A stretch of 42,376 nucleotides of DNA from a virus (IMGVR_UViG_2778261452_000001); one strand, 5' to 3'; shown: positions 17,886 to 30,462, counted from the stretch's first letter. Numbers and translations are program-made. The notes: a model not told the origin generated them from the letters alone.

Positions 17886-18446
17886 ATGAAAACAATCGAA
17901 CAAAAACTTGAACAGCGCCGCGAGTGGCAGAAGGCAGCCAGAGAACGAGCGATCGCTCGGCAACGGGAAAAGTTGGCTGACCCCGCCTGGCGAGAATCGC
18001 AATATCAGAAAATGCGGGATTCTATCGACCGCCGTATCGCTAAACAGAAAGAGCGCCCACCAGCCAGCAAAACGCGGAAAAGTGCGGTAAAGATAAAATC
18101 TCGTGGCTTGAAGGGGCGAACACCGACAGCGGAGGAACGGAGCATCGCCAGTGCTCTTGGCGCTCTCCCCTGCATTGCCTGCTACATGCATGGAGTAATA
18201 TCTGAAGAGGTATCTTTGCACCATATCTCCGGTCGTACCGCGCCGGGTTGTCACAAAAAGCAATTGCCCCTTTGTAGATGGCACCACCAGCATGCAGCAC
18301 CGGCTGAAGTAAGAGAAAAATATCCCTGGCTGGTCCCTGTTCATGCCGATGGTGTGGTTGGAGGCAAGAAAGAATTCACCTTGCTGAACAAGTCAGAGAT
18401 GGAGTTGCTGGCTGACGCCTATGAGATGGCAAACATTATGCACTAA
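17886..18446 (+). CDS. ref: Ref, recombination enhancement function (HNH-type endonuclease)
   Basis: 186-aa product beginning MKTIEQKLEQRREWQ with Cys/His cluster CIACYMH...HHISGRTAPGCHKK...CRWHHQH; ATG at 17886 (track start 17781 is upstream extension through operator and hairpin). Confidence 0.8.
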   Translation: MKTIEQKLEQRREWQKAARERAIARQREKLADPAWRESQYQKMRDSIDRRIAKQKERPPASKTRKSAVKIKSRGLKGRTPTAEERSIASALGALPCIACYMHGVISEEVSLHHISGRTAPGCHKKQLPLCRWHHQHAAPAEVREKYPWLVPVHADGVVGGKKEFTLLNKSEMELLADAYEMANIMH

Positions 18447-18634
18447 TAAATATATTATTTTTAATCTGAAATAATTGACAACTGACAAGTGACTTCAGTC
18501 AGAATCATCACATGCCCGGTACGGATGGATCCCTTTTCAAATATTCCATGGACGGCACAGTCTGAGTACCGGGCGCTACCTTTTGTTGTATTGCTAAGCC
18601 GCCGCTGGTGGCTTTTCTTTTTTGTAGGGGCGCT

Positions 18635-19276
18635 ATGGATAAGAAAATATGCGTTGTTTCGATGAGCGTCGGCAAACCGGCGTCAATGACTGCTGCATGG
18701 ATCAACAACGAGCTGATAATGGCTGAGCGGACCAGCTACCCTGAACGCCGCCGCGATATGGAACTCCAGTTGCTGCGCGAATTGCGTGAGAAAGAGGAAA
18801 AAGGTTTTATCGTGCTGGTGGAAGAGGAAAACAGCTTTATTACTGGTCGAGTTGGCCAGCGTGTAAGGTTGCGCGATCCCTTCATGAACGGCAGGCCGGT
18901 ACTGATTGAAGCAATGCAGATTTACAAGGAGCTGGAACGCCAGAAAGCGATCAAGTTACCGCGCAAGGAATCCGGCAAATACATCCTCCACCAAAGCATC
19001 TTCGATTCCGAACACGATAAAAAAGGCGATGAATTTTTCAACATCAACTGGAGCGAAATAACGACAGAGCATGTTCTGACGTTACTATGTTGCTTTGCGA
19101 CGGAATACAACAACGTTGCCAGCGCCGACTACATCAGGGCAATGGCTGGAGAAGTTGAAGCCCGCCAGGAACCATCGTTACTAAGTCCACTTATTAACAT
19201 AATTCTGGGTACCCAGACACTGGAACAAAAAAAAGTGCCGAAAGGGGTATTAACAGGCAAGCATAATTATTTCTAA
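18635..19276 (+). CDS. mat: Mat-position protein (particle maturation), by synteny
   Basis: ATG at 18635 (MDKKICVV...), 213 aa; follows ref as P1 mat does. Confidence 0.5.
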   Translation: MDKKICVVSMSVGKPASMTAAWINNELIMAERTSYPERRRDMELQLLRELREKEEKGFIVLVEEENSFITGRVGQRVRLRDPFMNGRPVLIEAMQIYKELERQKAIKLPRKESGKYILHQSIFDSEHDKKGDEFFNINWSEITTEHVLTLLCCFATEYNNVASADYIRAMAGEVEARQEPSLLSPLINIILGTQTLEQKKVPKGVLTGKHNYF

Positions 19277-19441
19277 TAATTTATAGTGGGGACTTTTGAT
19301 GGTGTAAAACCCCATGAATTATTATTTTTTAGTTTTTTGATTCTATTTTTTTTGCATTACCCGTCATAAAAATGAGCTTGCTTACATAATAGAAAATTAT
19401 TTTATCAACACTATTACAACAAACGATTATCACTGATAACA

Positions 19442-19467
19442 TGAGTCCTTTGAAAACAAAGGACTCA
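19442..19467 (+). promoter_or_regulatory. perfect 11-bp inverted repeat TGAGTCCTTTG-AAAA-CAAAGGACTCA containing the only SD-like AGGA before the GNAT start
   Basis: Read directly; 3' arm ends 7 nt before ATG 19475; AGGA at 19460-19463 lies inside the stem. Confidence 0.55.
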
Positions 19468-19474
19468 CCATACT

Positions 19475-20083
19475 ATGTCTAATACCTCGGCAAATGAAAT
19501 TGTACCGCACTTACCGCTAATTTTCGAAAATGAAGCTAATGGGATTCTTCAGGATCTGGCCTATACTCCATCGCTTATGGGGTTGATGATGTTCCCGACA
19601 GAAGAGGAGCTGAAAGCAGCGAGAAGCTACATAATTAACGTTTTTGAAGAGTGTTACCGAGCCGGTCATTTGCGCATTATGGGCTTTACTAATGAAGAAA
19701 ACTTGTTCGGATACGCCTTAATCTTCGGACATCCATCGGGAAATTTTCCGTTGTACTGTCATAAAATATATGTATATGAGCAATATCGTGGTAATGGACT
19801 TGGAAGTAATATACTGGCAGAAATACTTGCATTTCCAAATGAGGTCGCTTTGATTTGCCAGTCTGATTTGGTTCCTTTTTATGAATCAGCCGGAATGCAC
19901 TTTAAAGGAAATTACACCACTCCATCAGTCGCCAATTTCAAAAAAACTCGCGGCATGTATGAGGGGCTTTGTTTGATGAGCACTGAAAAAAATGCAAACT
20001 CTAATGGTGTACCTATATTCATGCTGAACGATAACGATATTGATAACATCATACAGGCTATCGCATCATCGGCACCACGATAA
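19475..20083 (+). CDS. GNAT-family N-acetyltransferase (substrate unknown), cargo gene
   Basis: 202-aa ORF; acetyl-CoA binding motif VYEQYRGNGLGSNILAEI (Q/R-x-x-G-x-G/A); AT-rich relative to flanks; sits where P1 has res/mod. Confidence 0.65.
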   Translation: MSNTSANEIVPHLPLIFENEANGILQDLAYTPSLMGLMMFPTEEELKAARSYIINVFEECYRAGHLRIMGFTNEENLFGYALIFGHPSGNFPLYCHKIYVYEQYRGNGLGSNILAEILAFPNEVALICQSDLVPFYESAGMHFKGNYTTPSVANFKKTRGMYEGLCLMSTEKNANSNGVPIFMLNDNDIDNIIQAIASSAPR

Positions 20084-20138
20084 TATTAATAATTCATCTC
20101 GCCGCAGGAACTACAAACCAGTTGATTGTTTGTGAAAC

Positions 20139-20156
20139 GCCCGGTGCAAACCGGGC
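20139..20156 (-). terminator. stem-loop GCCCGG-TGCAAA-CCGGGC between convergent GNAT gene and lxc
   Basis: 6-7 bp GC stem read directly; modest U content downstream on minus strand; weak. Confidence 0.35.
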
Positions 20157-20165
20157 CAACAAAAC

Positions 20166-20414
20166 TCAATCAGCATTGAGAAGCAATGCATTATCTATGA
20201 TGATCTGCTCCCATTCTTCGAATGCCCGGTCGCGGACGCCCTGGGGAACACTGTTTGTTTTGAAATCGACGACTGTACGCCATTTCCCGTCCGGACGGTA
20301 CATGCGCAGAGCTTTACTTCCCCCTTCCCTGCGCACCTCAACGTTATGCTTGTCAGCAAACTCTTGTAATGCTCGTAGCGTCCCATGCTTTACTGTGTAG
20401 TATCGCTTTTTCAA
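20166..20414 (-). CDS. lxc: Lxc/Bof, C1 co-repressor modulator
   Basis: 82-aa basic product; size and position (downstream of ulx-darB on minus strand) match P1 lxc/bof. Confidence 0.65.
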   Translation of the reverse strand: MKKRYYTVKHGTLRALQEFADKHNVEVRREGGSKALRMYRPDGKWRTVVDFKTNSVPQGVRDRAFEEWEQIIIDNALLLNAD

Positions 20415-20851
20415 GTTTTCTCTCCAGCCTGTGCCAAGGCTTCAACTTCCAAATCGTAAGACTCAAACTCATAGTCCTGGTCGTCAACTTCTTCAGGCAC
20501 TGGCAGTAAATGCCAGGCTGAGTATATCTGACCATTATCAAAACGCTCCTGGCTGTAGAGCGTCGCGGCTATGAGTGTTAGCGCCGGGCGGTCATAACGG
20601 TAAATTTTGCGAACGTCACGGTCAACGAGACGACCGAAATTACCATAACCGCGCTCCAGTAATAATTTTTTAATTTCCGGCCAGTATGGACCATAGCTGC
20701 GGTACAGGCGGGGATTTTTCAGTAATCGCCCGCGTAGCCCTGACAGGAAGAAATCAACGTATTCGTCTTCTGTCTTTCCTAACAACGCTGTACGGAGTAC
20801 CGCCTCAAGATATGTTTTATTCGGTTTTATTGTATCAGATAGTGTGGCCAT
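20411..20851 (-). CDS. ulx: Ulx, Dar antirestriction-system component
   Basis: 146-aa ORF whose end overlaps lxc start (4-nt overlap), downstream of darB; symbol by synteny. Confidence 0.55.
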   Translation of the reverse strand: MATLSDTIKPNKTYLEAVLRTALLGKTEDEYVDFFLSGLRGRLLKNPRLYRSYGPYWPEIKKLLLERGYGNFGRLVDRDVRKIYRYDRPALTLIAATLYSQERFDNGQIYSAWHLLPVPEEVDDQDYEFESYDLEVEALAQAGEKT

Positions 20852-20884
20852 ATTATGCGACGCCCGGCGAACCGGGCGCTCCTG

Positions 20885-23800
20885 TTATGCGTATTGTTGG
20901 ATGACGGCCAGAACGTCCGCCACGTTGTGTTTTGTCTCGATAATCCACCAGTTACCTGGGAAGTCGCTGTTCTTCGCCTTCGCTGGCAACCAGCGAGCGC
21001 CGAATTTCGCCTTGATTGCGTCTTTCGCACGGAAAAGAACCCCTTTCATGCCGGAGGCTTCCTGAAGCCCAAATACCTCGCCAGCGGCGAATTTTGGTGC
21101 GTACATCATCTTCAGGTCGGCGGTGGATACGCGATAATTCAGACCAAGAGACTGAGCTATGCTGGTGGCATCACCCTGTATTGATGATAACTCTTCTTGT
21201 TTCTCGTTTCTGGCAGCAATTTCTTCCTCCGTGATGTTGCCAAGGGCCAGGTTTATCCGATCAGCGTCTGCCTGTTTCTCTTCATCGGTGCGCCCGGCAA
21301 GTACCGTGTTAATTCTGTGCAATATCTCCACATGATTCTTGCGCATGCTGAGCAATTCCGGCGTAACCTCGTTAAGGTCCACCAGCCCAAGGATGGCAAG
21401 GTCGGTAAACATTGATACCAGGTTGTAGGTCATGCGATAGCTGAGTTGCCCATAGGCTGATGGCAACTGCACCGCATCCATTTTATAGGCATCCATAAAT
21501 TTAGAGCCGTCGTTTACGACATCCGCAATTGCCGGTGTGATTTTTCCTGTGGTGGCGGCCTCCCTGATTGCTGTTACCCACGATTGAGTCAGCGCGGCGA
21601 CTGCATGATTCAGATTGACTTTCCGTTCTGCTGCAATGCGCGCGCTTGCTGCGTCCATTGCCTGTTTGATCTCGTCTTTATTGCTGTAAATGCCAATGGT
21701 GCCAAACTGTGCTGTGGTGATCTCATAATCTGACGCCCGGAACTCATTGGTACCGAAAATGGCATTGGTGACTTCAAGTTCAGAATCCCCGTTACGAGTA
21801 GCCCCCTGGCTTGTTTTTTCCGGCATTCTGGCGATCGCATCCGCTATTTTCTCCTGAATTGCTTCAGGGGATAGCGTATCTCCGTATGACGCGATTACAT
21901 CGCCATAATTGGAGCCAAACAGTTCAACCAGGAATGTTTCTGCCGAACGGATCTGGCGGTTATTCCCTTCCGACATCATACCAAGCACCCATTTTGCAAT
22001 TGACGACTTCAGCGCGCCGTCACGGCGATCCGGGTAAACCGCATGCTTCAGTGGGTCCGTATAGGTACCAACAAAATCGATGCTATAGCCTGACTCTGTA
22101 GTCTGAACGCCGTATGAGTCAGTGATTTTGATCATGCCGCGCTGCTGGAAACGGTAGAAATCGTCACAGGAAATGATGTCGTTAATCCCGGCGATGGAGA
22201 CGCCACCACTGATTTTCTGCATAACAGCATCTTCATCGGGAGTTACATCCACCTGTTTATCCAGCGTCTTCACATCCCAGTTACCCGATTTGGTGCCTCT
22301 TAAGGTAAAGATGATCTCCACGTCTGCGCGCTGGCTGTCGAAGTCCAACGACTTAATGCGAACGATATCACCGGCACAATCGTAGTATTGGCCTACACGC
22401 CATGAGCGATCGCCGATAACAAGGAACTCATTCGCATGGTTAACCAGATCAGGATCAACATCCAGAATGCCTTTATTTATTGCATCCTCCACCAGCGGGC
22501 GCAGGCGTTTGATATCCGTCGCGGCCTTCTGAGTACGGTTCAATAATTTCTCATAGCGGGAGATGGCCTGAGAGATATTAGCCTTGCGCTGAATGGCGCT
22601 TTTCAACGACGCGCGATACTGTGCTAACAACGTACGGTCTGTGTGATGGACGCTACCCCAGCGGGCTTTCCAGTCTGCGTTATCAGCTGCTTTGGCCATT
22701 ACCGCCTGTTTGAATTTAGCTACCTCGGCGGTGGTCTTTTCAAGTTCCGCTTTGCTTCGCTTTAATTCAGCGGTAAGTACCTCCACATCCTCGCCAGCTG
22801 CGTGCTGCGCCTTGATGTAATTCTGAAGGTCGATAGTAGCCTGTTCTTTCTGGCGAGCGCGTTTCGCAGCTTTCGCCTTATCCATTTGAACCTGCATCAT
22901 TGCCAGACGTTCGCCGTCATCCTTCGCGGTATACATCTGCATTTCGATCATGTCATTGGCGTCGGCGTTCTCCATTTCCGACTTATCTGAACGGAGGATA
23001 TCGGAGATCCAGCCTGCTTTACGCTTCAGCGTCTTCAATCGGTATTCATCGAAAGACCCCTTGCCGCAGTAGTAGTGAACGCGAACGCTTGCACGGTTGG
23101 AGCCAACTCGAGCACCGCGACCGTTACGCTGTGCGATACTGGCTGGTGTCCATGGCAACGTCAGATGATGGATGTCAGTCGTTCCTCGATGCAGGTTGAT
23201 ACCCACCTCTGCCTTTTTGTTGCAGATGATGATCGGAGTCCGGCCCTCCTGGAAGTCGGCTGCAATCTTTTCCAGACCGCCCAACGACATTTCATTCTGC
23301 TGCGCGATATAGGCGTCATACAGAGCCATTTGCTCGTTGTATTTCGCTATCTGTGCATCTGTTGGTTCATCCGGTAACTCTTTCGGCGGTTTAACCGCTT
23401 TCAGTTTCTTACCGGTTTTACCTGCCTCGGCAACCGTCTGAGCATTCAGGATCCCCACCTTTGAAGGTTCAAGGTTAAGAGCATTGCAGATAATGCGCTT
23501 GAGCTTCTGGTGCTGCGTTTTTTCGTCCGTGAAGATGATTTGCTTACCTTCCGGGAAAAACTCCTTCAGCGTGGCGATCAGCTTCACGTATTTGGGCGTA
23601 ACGGGGTGAGTTACAGTCTGTTCGTCAATGCCAAACTTGGCCAAGCGCTTATTCACTTCCTGCTCGAACGCTTCCGGAACCTGCAACTGAATAAACTCGC
23701 CCTTATCTATCAGGGAGTATTGCGATTGCTGCGTGATTGAATCATCACTGTCGTCGTCTTCGCTGGTGGCTTGTTTGGGCAAACTGTCCGCCAGCTGCTG

Positions 23801-26800
23801 CACCGCATCGGCGTACTCCGGCAGGAAACGATAGGTGATCCGGCGATAGTACAGGTCCATGTCAGTACATACGCGGTCCATATCCCTGATTATTGAGAAG
23901 ATCGGACGGGCTTTCTCGTGCTCAATCACTCCGTCTTCATCGACCGAGGTCGTTACGCCATTGTTGGCTTTGGCCGCCGCTTCCGCCTGCTGACGCAATT
24001 CTTCATACGCCGCCAGTTGTTCTTCAGTAAGTGGTGCATCCTGCTGGTGTTCGTCCAGCTCCGGGATCTCCACGGTATCCTTAACGTCTTCCGCCGTTTT
24101 AAGCGTTGTCCAGCGATGGAATATGCCGCGCAGCGCATCAAGGTTTTCAAAGCCCACCAGCGCCATTTTTTCTTCAACTTCACCGCTGATTTTCTGTACC
24201 GTTTCCAGCCTGGTCTTGCCGAAGAATTTAACGAAGTCATCAGGACCGTAGATCCCCATCTTCTGCCAGTATTCCTTCGGCAGAACATGAGAAAGCATGT
24301 TGTATGCATCGATCGGGGTGTTAACGACTGGCGTTGCAGTCAGGAGAACCGGCCCGCGCCCGCCATTCTTTTTCATCAGGTACGCGTTTTTGATTGCCAT
24401 ATCCCGCGCCGATTGCGCCACCGCGCTGGTGGGCAGATAGGCCAGTTGTGACGCTTCGCGACCATTTTTATAGCTATTGCGGTAGTTGTGGCCTTCGTCG
24501 GCGATCACACTATCGAAGCCCATATCCTCAAAGTACGGATATTTCTCTGCTTTTTCGGTACCGGTATCTGAATACTCCGACAATACCCGGCGACGCGCCG
24601 CCTCTTTACGATGGGAGTCGGAATCCATTGCGCTGGCTACGCGCCCGGCGGCAACGAAGTCATAAAGCATGTCTTGTGCATGCTCATCTACGGTGTCATC
24701 ACGTAGCGGAATGCGGGCGTATTGTTCTTTGGTAAACACGACTGCACGGTAGTTTGAGTGCGGGATCGCGTTCATCCGCGCCGTGATAGTGGCTTCATCT
24801 GCCAGCTTAAGGGCATCGCGCATAACGGGAGTGCCATCTGCACCAACGACAGGTTTACCGTTCTCATCGAGCACCGGCACCTGGCGAATCTGATCGCCAT
24901 CCATCAGCACATCAAGACCGACGAACAGGTAGTTACTGAATGCCTCTTCACTCAGAAACTCTTTTGCTTCGTAATACCAGTTTTCCAGCACTGATTTAGG
25001 CACTACATACGCAGTACGGGTGGAACGACCGTTCTCATAGTTGAACGCCTCAAGCGCCAGCGCGGTCGTGGTTTTACCCAGCCCGGTACCGAAGCCCAGG
25101 ATGCCGCGCCCATCTTCGGACAGTCGGCGCACCTCGCTATTCTGGTAATCAAATGGCTGTCGCTTACCGCTTAATCCCTTCAACCCAAGCGGATCGCCAG
25201 AGTGTTCATACGGGATATTGCTATTGAAAACATCGTTGTATTTGGCAACCAGCTCATCGTAGCGATCGTGCGTCTTGATCCACTTATTGAACTGGTCCTC
25301 AAGCAGTGCCATCTGCTCGCGGTAGCCGTTCGCCGTCGCGCTATCTTTGCCACCGATACGCGCACCATTGAGATACTTTTCCAGCTGTGCCGGGAACCCG
25401 GTCGCGTTTTCACCTGATTTACGGTCCCACTCGTAGCGGATCTCGCCTGTTTCTTTATCCTTGCGCTGGACGACACCGTATCGGTGCCCGACGAACAGAC
25501 CATCACCACCGTGATAGGTGTCAGAAACCATTTCGTCGCCTTCCAGCTGCACTGACTGCACATAGCGCAGATCCGGATAGCCGTTTTCCTGCAAAAACTC
25601 CAGAATGACGGAGCGGTCGAACCAACGGCTATTGAGCTTAAAGCGGATATTCTCTGCTGGCGTCTTGATGCGCTTCTCTTCGATCGCTGCCAGCTGATTA
25701 AGGACGTTGTTCTTTACTGGACCGTCGGGGAGTGTGGCAAGGAATTCCTGTTTTGGAGCCACTATCTCGTTAATGTCGCCGCTGGTGGCGCGGGCGAACG
25801 GAACAATCCCGCCATACGGTGAAACCGCAATACCAGGGGTGCTGGCCAATAAATTAAGCAACTCTTCATCACTGGCTGGCAGTTCGCCGGTAAACGCAAG
25901 GCGGAAATCATCGAGCTGGATTGGATCGCGGGTAAGATCGCTATAGAGATAACGCAGGGTGTCCTGATAGCTGGTGGAGTCATAACTGGCGCTGGAATCA
26001 TGCGTAACCAGCTTTCCTGCCAGCTCGTCAGAAATAGTGCCATCCAGCTTAATTGCACCACGGAAAGCAAACCAGGAGCGCGCACCGCTTCCCGATAATT
26101 TAGCTATCGGACCGCGACCGGGGTTACCAAAACGGTCAATCTCTGCCTGCAAACGGGACACCAGAGAAAGGCGCTGTTGTTCGATTTGTTCAGCACTATG
26201 CCCGGCGGCCTTCATGTCCTGATATTCAATTAACATCCGGCCAATCATCGCCCCGCGATACAAGCGTTCACGGTATTTTTCAGGCTGGCTGTTAATCCAG
26301 TCCACCAGCTGCACCATATCGTCGCTGATTGATGTGGTGTACTTATCGCGGACATTTGCCATCTGGGTAAATGTCATGCCGAGACGGCCTTCTGTTGTAG
26401 TCAGGTTACGCTGAAGAGCCTCCCAGCTATCCGCGCCATAACTGGCAGCATCGATCTTAAGTTCCTTCCCGGCATCAGCTTCAATCCAGCGACCACCAGC
26501 ATATTTTTGCCATACGCCATTAATCAGGCGCATTTCCCCTTCACCAACAACGTCTGCGGTCGGTGACGGTTCAGCCATATCGAGCAAAGACCAGTCGATA
26601 CGGCTTTCGAAACGATGAATCAGCTTCGCTTTAAGAGCCTGGTTATCAATCTGACCGTCGGCACGAACCTCAATACGCCCCTGGAAGCCCTTTTCCTGGG
26701 TGCCATGAACAAACCGGCGGCCATCCTTTTCAAACCACTTGCCAGAAATAAACGTTGGCCAAAGCACATTTGCCGATTCAAGAGTGCTTTCATCCACCAG

Positions 26801-27652
26801 GGGGATTTTCTCAGCCATCTCTGCCGGATGTTTGCGCATCAGCACCACATCTACGACCGTACTGGTCCCGTTTGCGTCAAAAGTACCGGTAGGCAGGCGG
26901 TGGGCACCAAGAAATTCAGCTTTACGGGATAAGCGCAGGCGTAACCGCTTCATGTTTGAACCTGAAACAATGGACGGCGGCACAATCACACACATGAATC
27001 CGCCAGGTTTTATCTTGTCCAGCATGCGGAGCATGAAGTAAGACCCCATGTCCGTTTCTTCTGCGTAAGGCTTATCGATGTTGCGTGTGTTATCACGACC
27101 GCCGAACGGAACGTTACCCACAACATGGTCGAATGAATCGTTAGGCGTGTTTATAGCCAGCTGTTCGAACGGGGAAATCTGTACGCTGTCTTCCGGGTGT
27201 AACAACTGGTTTATACGACCGGAAACACTGCTGATCTCAGTCGCGGTCATCACCGTACCAACCGGTTTTGTCTCATTAAAAACGCCGGTTCCCGCCGATG
27301 GTTCCAGAGTGTTACCTACGTCCGCGCCGTAGAGCTTCATGATCTCCCAGACACCTTCAGCGATAGGCTTTGGTGTGTAATATTCGGAGACGGACCCGCC
27401 AATGCCGCCTTCACCAGTGTACCCGGCCAGGATCTGGCGCTGTTCATCTGTCAGTGTCGCGCCGTCCACCAGCGAATTAAGCAAATCTATCGCCTTCTGA
27501 TTCGCCTCCCGGCGCAGTCGGTCATAGCTTTTGCCTTCCACCTTTTCCACGCCGTATTTAATCGGCGCTCGGTGAGATGTTATTGCCCTAATGTATTTCA
27601 ATATTTCGCTGACACTTGAACAGCGAAACACCCCCATAGATAGCTTGTTCAT
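20885..27652 (-). CDS. darB: DarB, head-packaged antirestriction protein (N6-adenine methyltransferase plus SF2 helicase domains)
   Basis: 2255-aa ORF; MTase-like motifs LEPSAGTGVF and GNVPFGG near N-terminus (~26780-27330); helicase Walker A GTGLGKTT encoded at 25067-25090 and DEGH box at ~24488-24499; size matches P1 DarB. Confidence 0.85.
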   Translation of the reverse strand: MNKLSMGVFRCSSVSEILKYIRAITSHRAPIKYGVEKVEGKSYDRLRREANQKAIDLLNSLVDGATLTDEQRQILAGYTGEGGIGGSVSEYYTPKPIAEGVWEIMKLYGADVGNTLEPSAGTGVFNETKPVGTVMTATEISSVSGRINQLLHPEDSVQISPFEQLAINTPNDSFDHVVGNVPFGGRDNTRNIDKPYAEETDMGSYFMLRMLDKIKPGGFMCVIVPPSIVSGSNMKRLRLRLSRKAEFLGAHRLPTGTFDANGTSTVVDVVLMRKHPAEMAEKIPLVDESTLESANVLWPTFISGKWFEKDGRRFVHGTQEKGFQGRIEVRADGQIDNQALKAKLIHRFESRIDWSLLDMAEPSPTADVVGEGEMRLINGVWQKYAGGRWIEADAGKELKIDAASYGADSWEALQRNLTTTEGRLGMTFTQMANVRDKYTTSISDDMVQLVDWINSQPEKYRERLYRGAMIGRMLIEYQDMKAAGHSAEQIEQQRLSLVSRLQAEIDRFGNPGRGPIAKLSGSGARSWFAFRGAIKLDGTISDELAGKLVTHDSSASYDSTSYQDTLRYLYSDLTRDPIQLDDFRLAFTGELPASDEELLNLLASTPGIAVSPYGGIVPFARATSGDINEIVAPKQEFLATLPDGPVKNNVLNQLAAIEEKRIKTPAENIRFKLNSRWFDRSVILEFLQENGYPDLRYVQSVQLEGDEMVSDTYHGGDGLFVGHRYGVVQRKDKETGEIRYEWDRKSGENATGFPAQLEKYLNGARIGGKDSATANGYREQMALLEDQFNKWIKTHDRYDELVAKYNDVFNSNIPYEHSGDPLGLKGLSGKRQPFDYQNSEVRRLSEDGRGILGFGTGLGKTTTALALEAFNYENGRSTRTAYVVPKSVLENWYYEAKEFLSEEAFSNYLFVGLDVLMDGDQIRQVPVLDENGKPVVGADGTPVMRDALKLADEATITARMNAIPHSNYRAVVFTKEQYARIPLRDDTVDEHAQDMLYDFVAAGRVASAMDSDSHRKEAARRRVLSEYSDTGTEKAEKYPYFEDMGFDSVIADEGHNYRNSYKNGREASQLAYLPTSAVAQSARDMAIKNAYLMKKNGGRGPVLLTATPVVNTPIDAYNMLSHVLPKEYWQKMGIYGPDDFVKFFGKTRLETVQKISGEVEEKMALVGFENLDALRGIFHRWTTLKTAEDVKDTVEIPELDEHQQDAPLTEEQLAAYEELRQQAEAAAKANNGVTTSVDEDGVIEHEKARPIFSIIRDMDRVCTDMDLYYRRITYRFLPEYADAVQQLADSLPKQATSEDDDSDDSITQQSQYSLIDKGEFIQLQVPEAFEQEVNKRLAKFGIDEQTVTHPVTPKYVKLIATLKEFFPEGKQIIFTDEKTQHQKLKRIICNALNLEPSKVGILNAQTVAEAGKTGKKLKAVKPPKELPDEPTDAQIAKYNEQMALYDAYIAQQNEMSLGGLEKIAADFQEGRTPIIICNKKAEVGINLHRGTTDIHHLTLPWTPASIAQRNGRGARVGSNRASVRVHYYCGKGSFDEYRLKTLKRKAGWISDILRSDKSEMENADANDMIEMQMYTAKDDGERLAMMQVQMDKAKAAKRARQKEQATIDLQNYIKAQHAAGEDVEVLTAELKRSKAELEKTTAEVAKFKQAVMAKAADNADWKARWGSVHHTDRTLLAQYRASLKSAIQRKANISQAISRYEKLLNRTQKAATDIKRLRPLVEDAINKGILDVDPDLVNHANEFLVIGDRSWRVGQYYDCAGDIVRIKSLDFDSQRADVEIIFTLRGTKSGNWDVKTLDKQVDVTPDEDAVMQKISGGVSIAGINDIISCDDFYRFQQRGMIKITDSYGVQTTESGYSIDFVGTYTDPLKHAVYPDRRDGALKSSIAKWVLGMMSEGNNRQIRSAETFLVELFGSNYGDVIASYGDTLSPEAIQEKIADAIARMPEKTSQGATRNGDSELEVTNAIFGTNEFRASDYEITTAQFGTIGIYSNKDEIKQAMDAASARIAAERKVNLNHAVAALTQSWVTAIREAATTGKITPAIADVVNDGSKFMDAYKMDAVQLPSAYGQLSYRMTYNLVSMFTDLAILGLVDLNEVTPELLSMRKNHVEILHRINTVLAGRTDEEKQADADRINLALGNITEEEIAARNEKQEELSSIQGDATSIAQSLGLNYRVSTADLKMMYAPKFAAGEVFGLQEASGMKGVLFRAKDAIKAKFGARWLPAKAKNSDFPGNWWIIETKHNVADVLAVIQQYA

Positions 27653-27718
27653 TGGTAATCCTTAACAAGTGACTAGTGTTAAATTCCGTTAAAACACGAT
27701 GCGAATTATTCTAATTAA

Positions 27719-30449
<2,731 letters not shown>

Positions 30450-30462
30450 CCACCAAAAATAA

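Noticed and set aside
19277-20165. Type III res/mod genes expected from P1 synteny
   Set aside because: Looked for large ORFs between mat and lxc; only the 202-aa GNAT gene is present, so res/mod are absent from this element.
20122-20400. 92-aa plus-strand ORF
   Set aside because: Fully overlaps lxc on the opposite strand; Ala/Ser/Arg-rich composition typical of a shadow frame in GC-rich coding DNA.
21016-27332. Many 60-180 aa ORFs on the plus strand inside darB (e.g. 23918..24451, 24394..24735, 26739..27041)
   Set aside because: All lie antisense within the 2255-codon darB frame, lack SD sequences and have Arg/Pro-rich low-complexity translations; treated as shadow ORFs.
27681-27715. Possible additional C1 operator (ATTATTCTAATTAAGG) upstream of prt
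   Set aside because: Three mismatches in the conserved ATTGCTCTAAT core; too weak to call.
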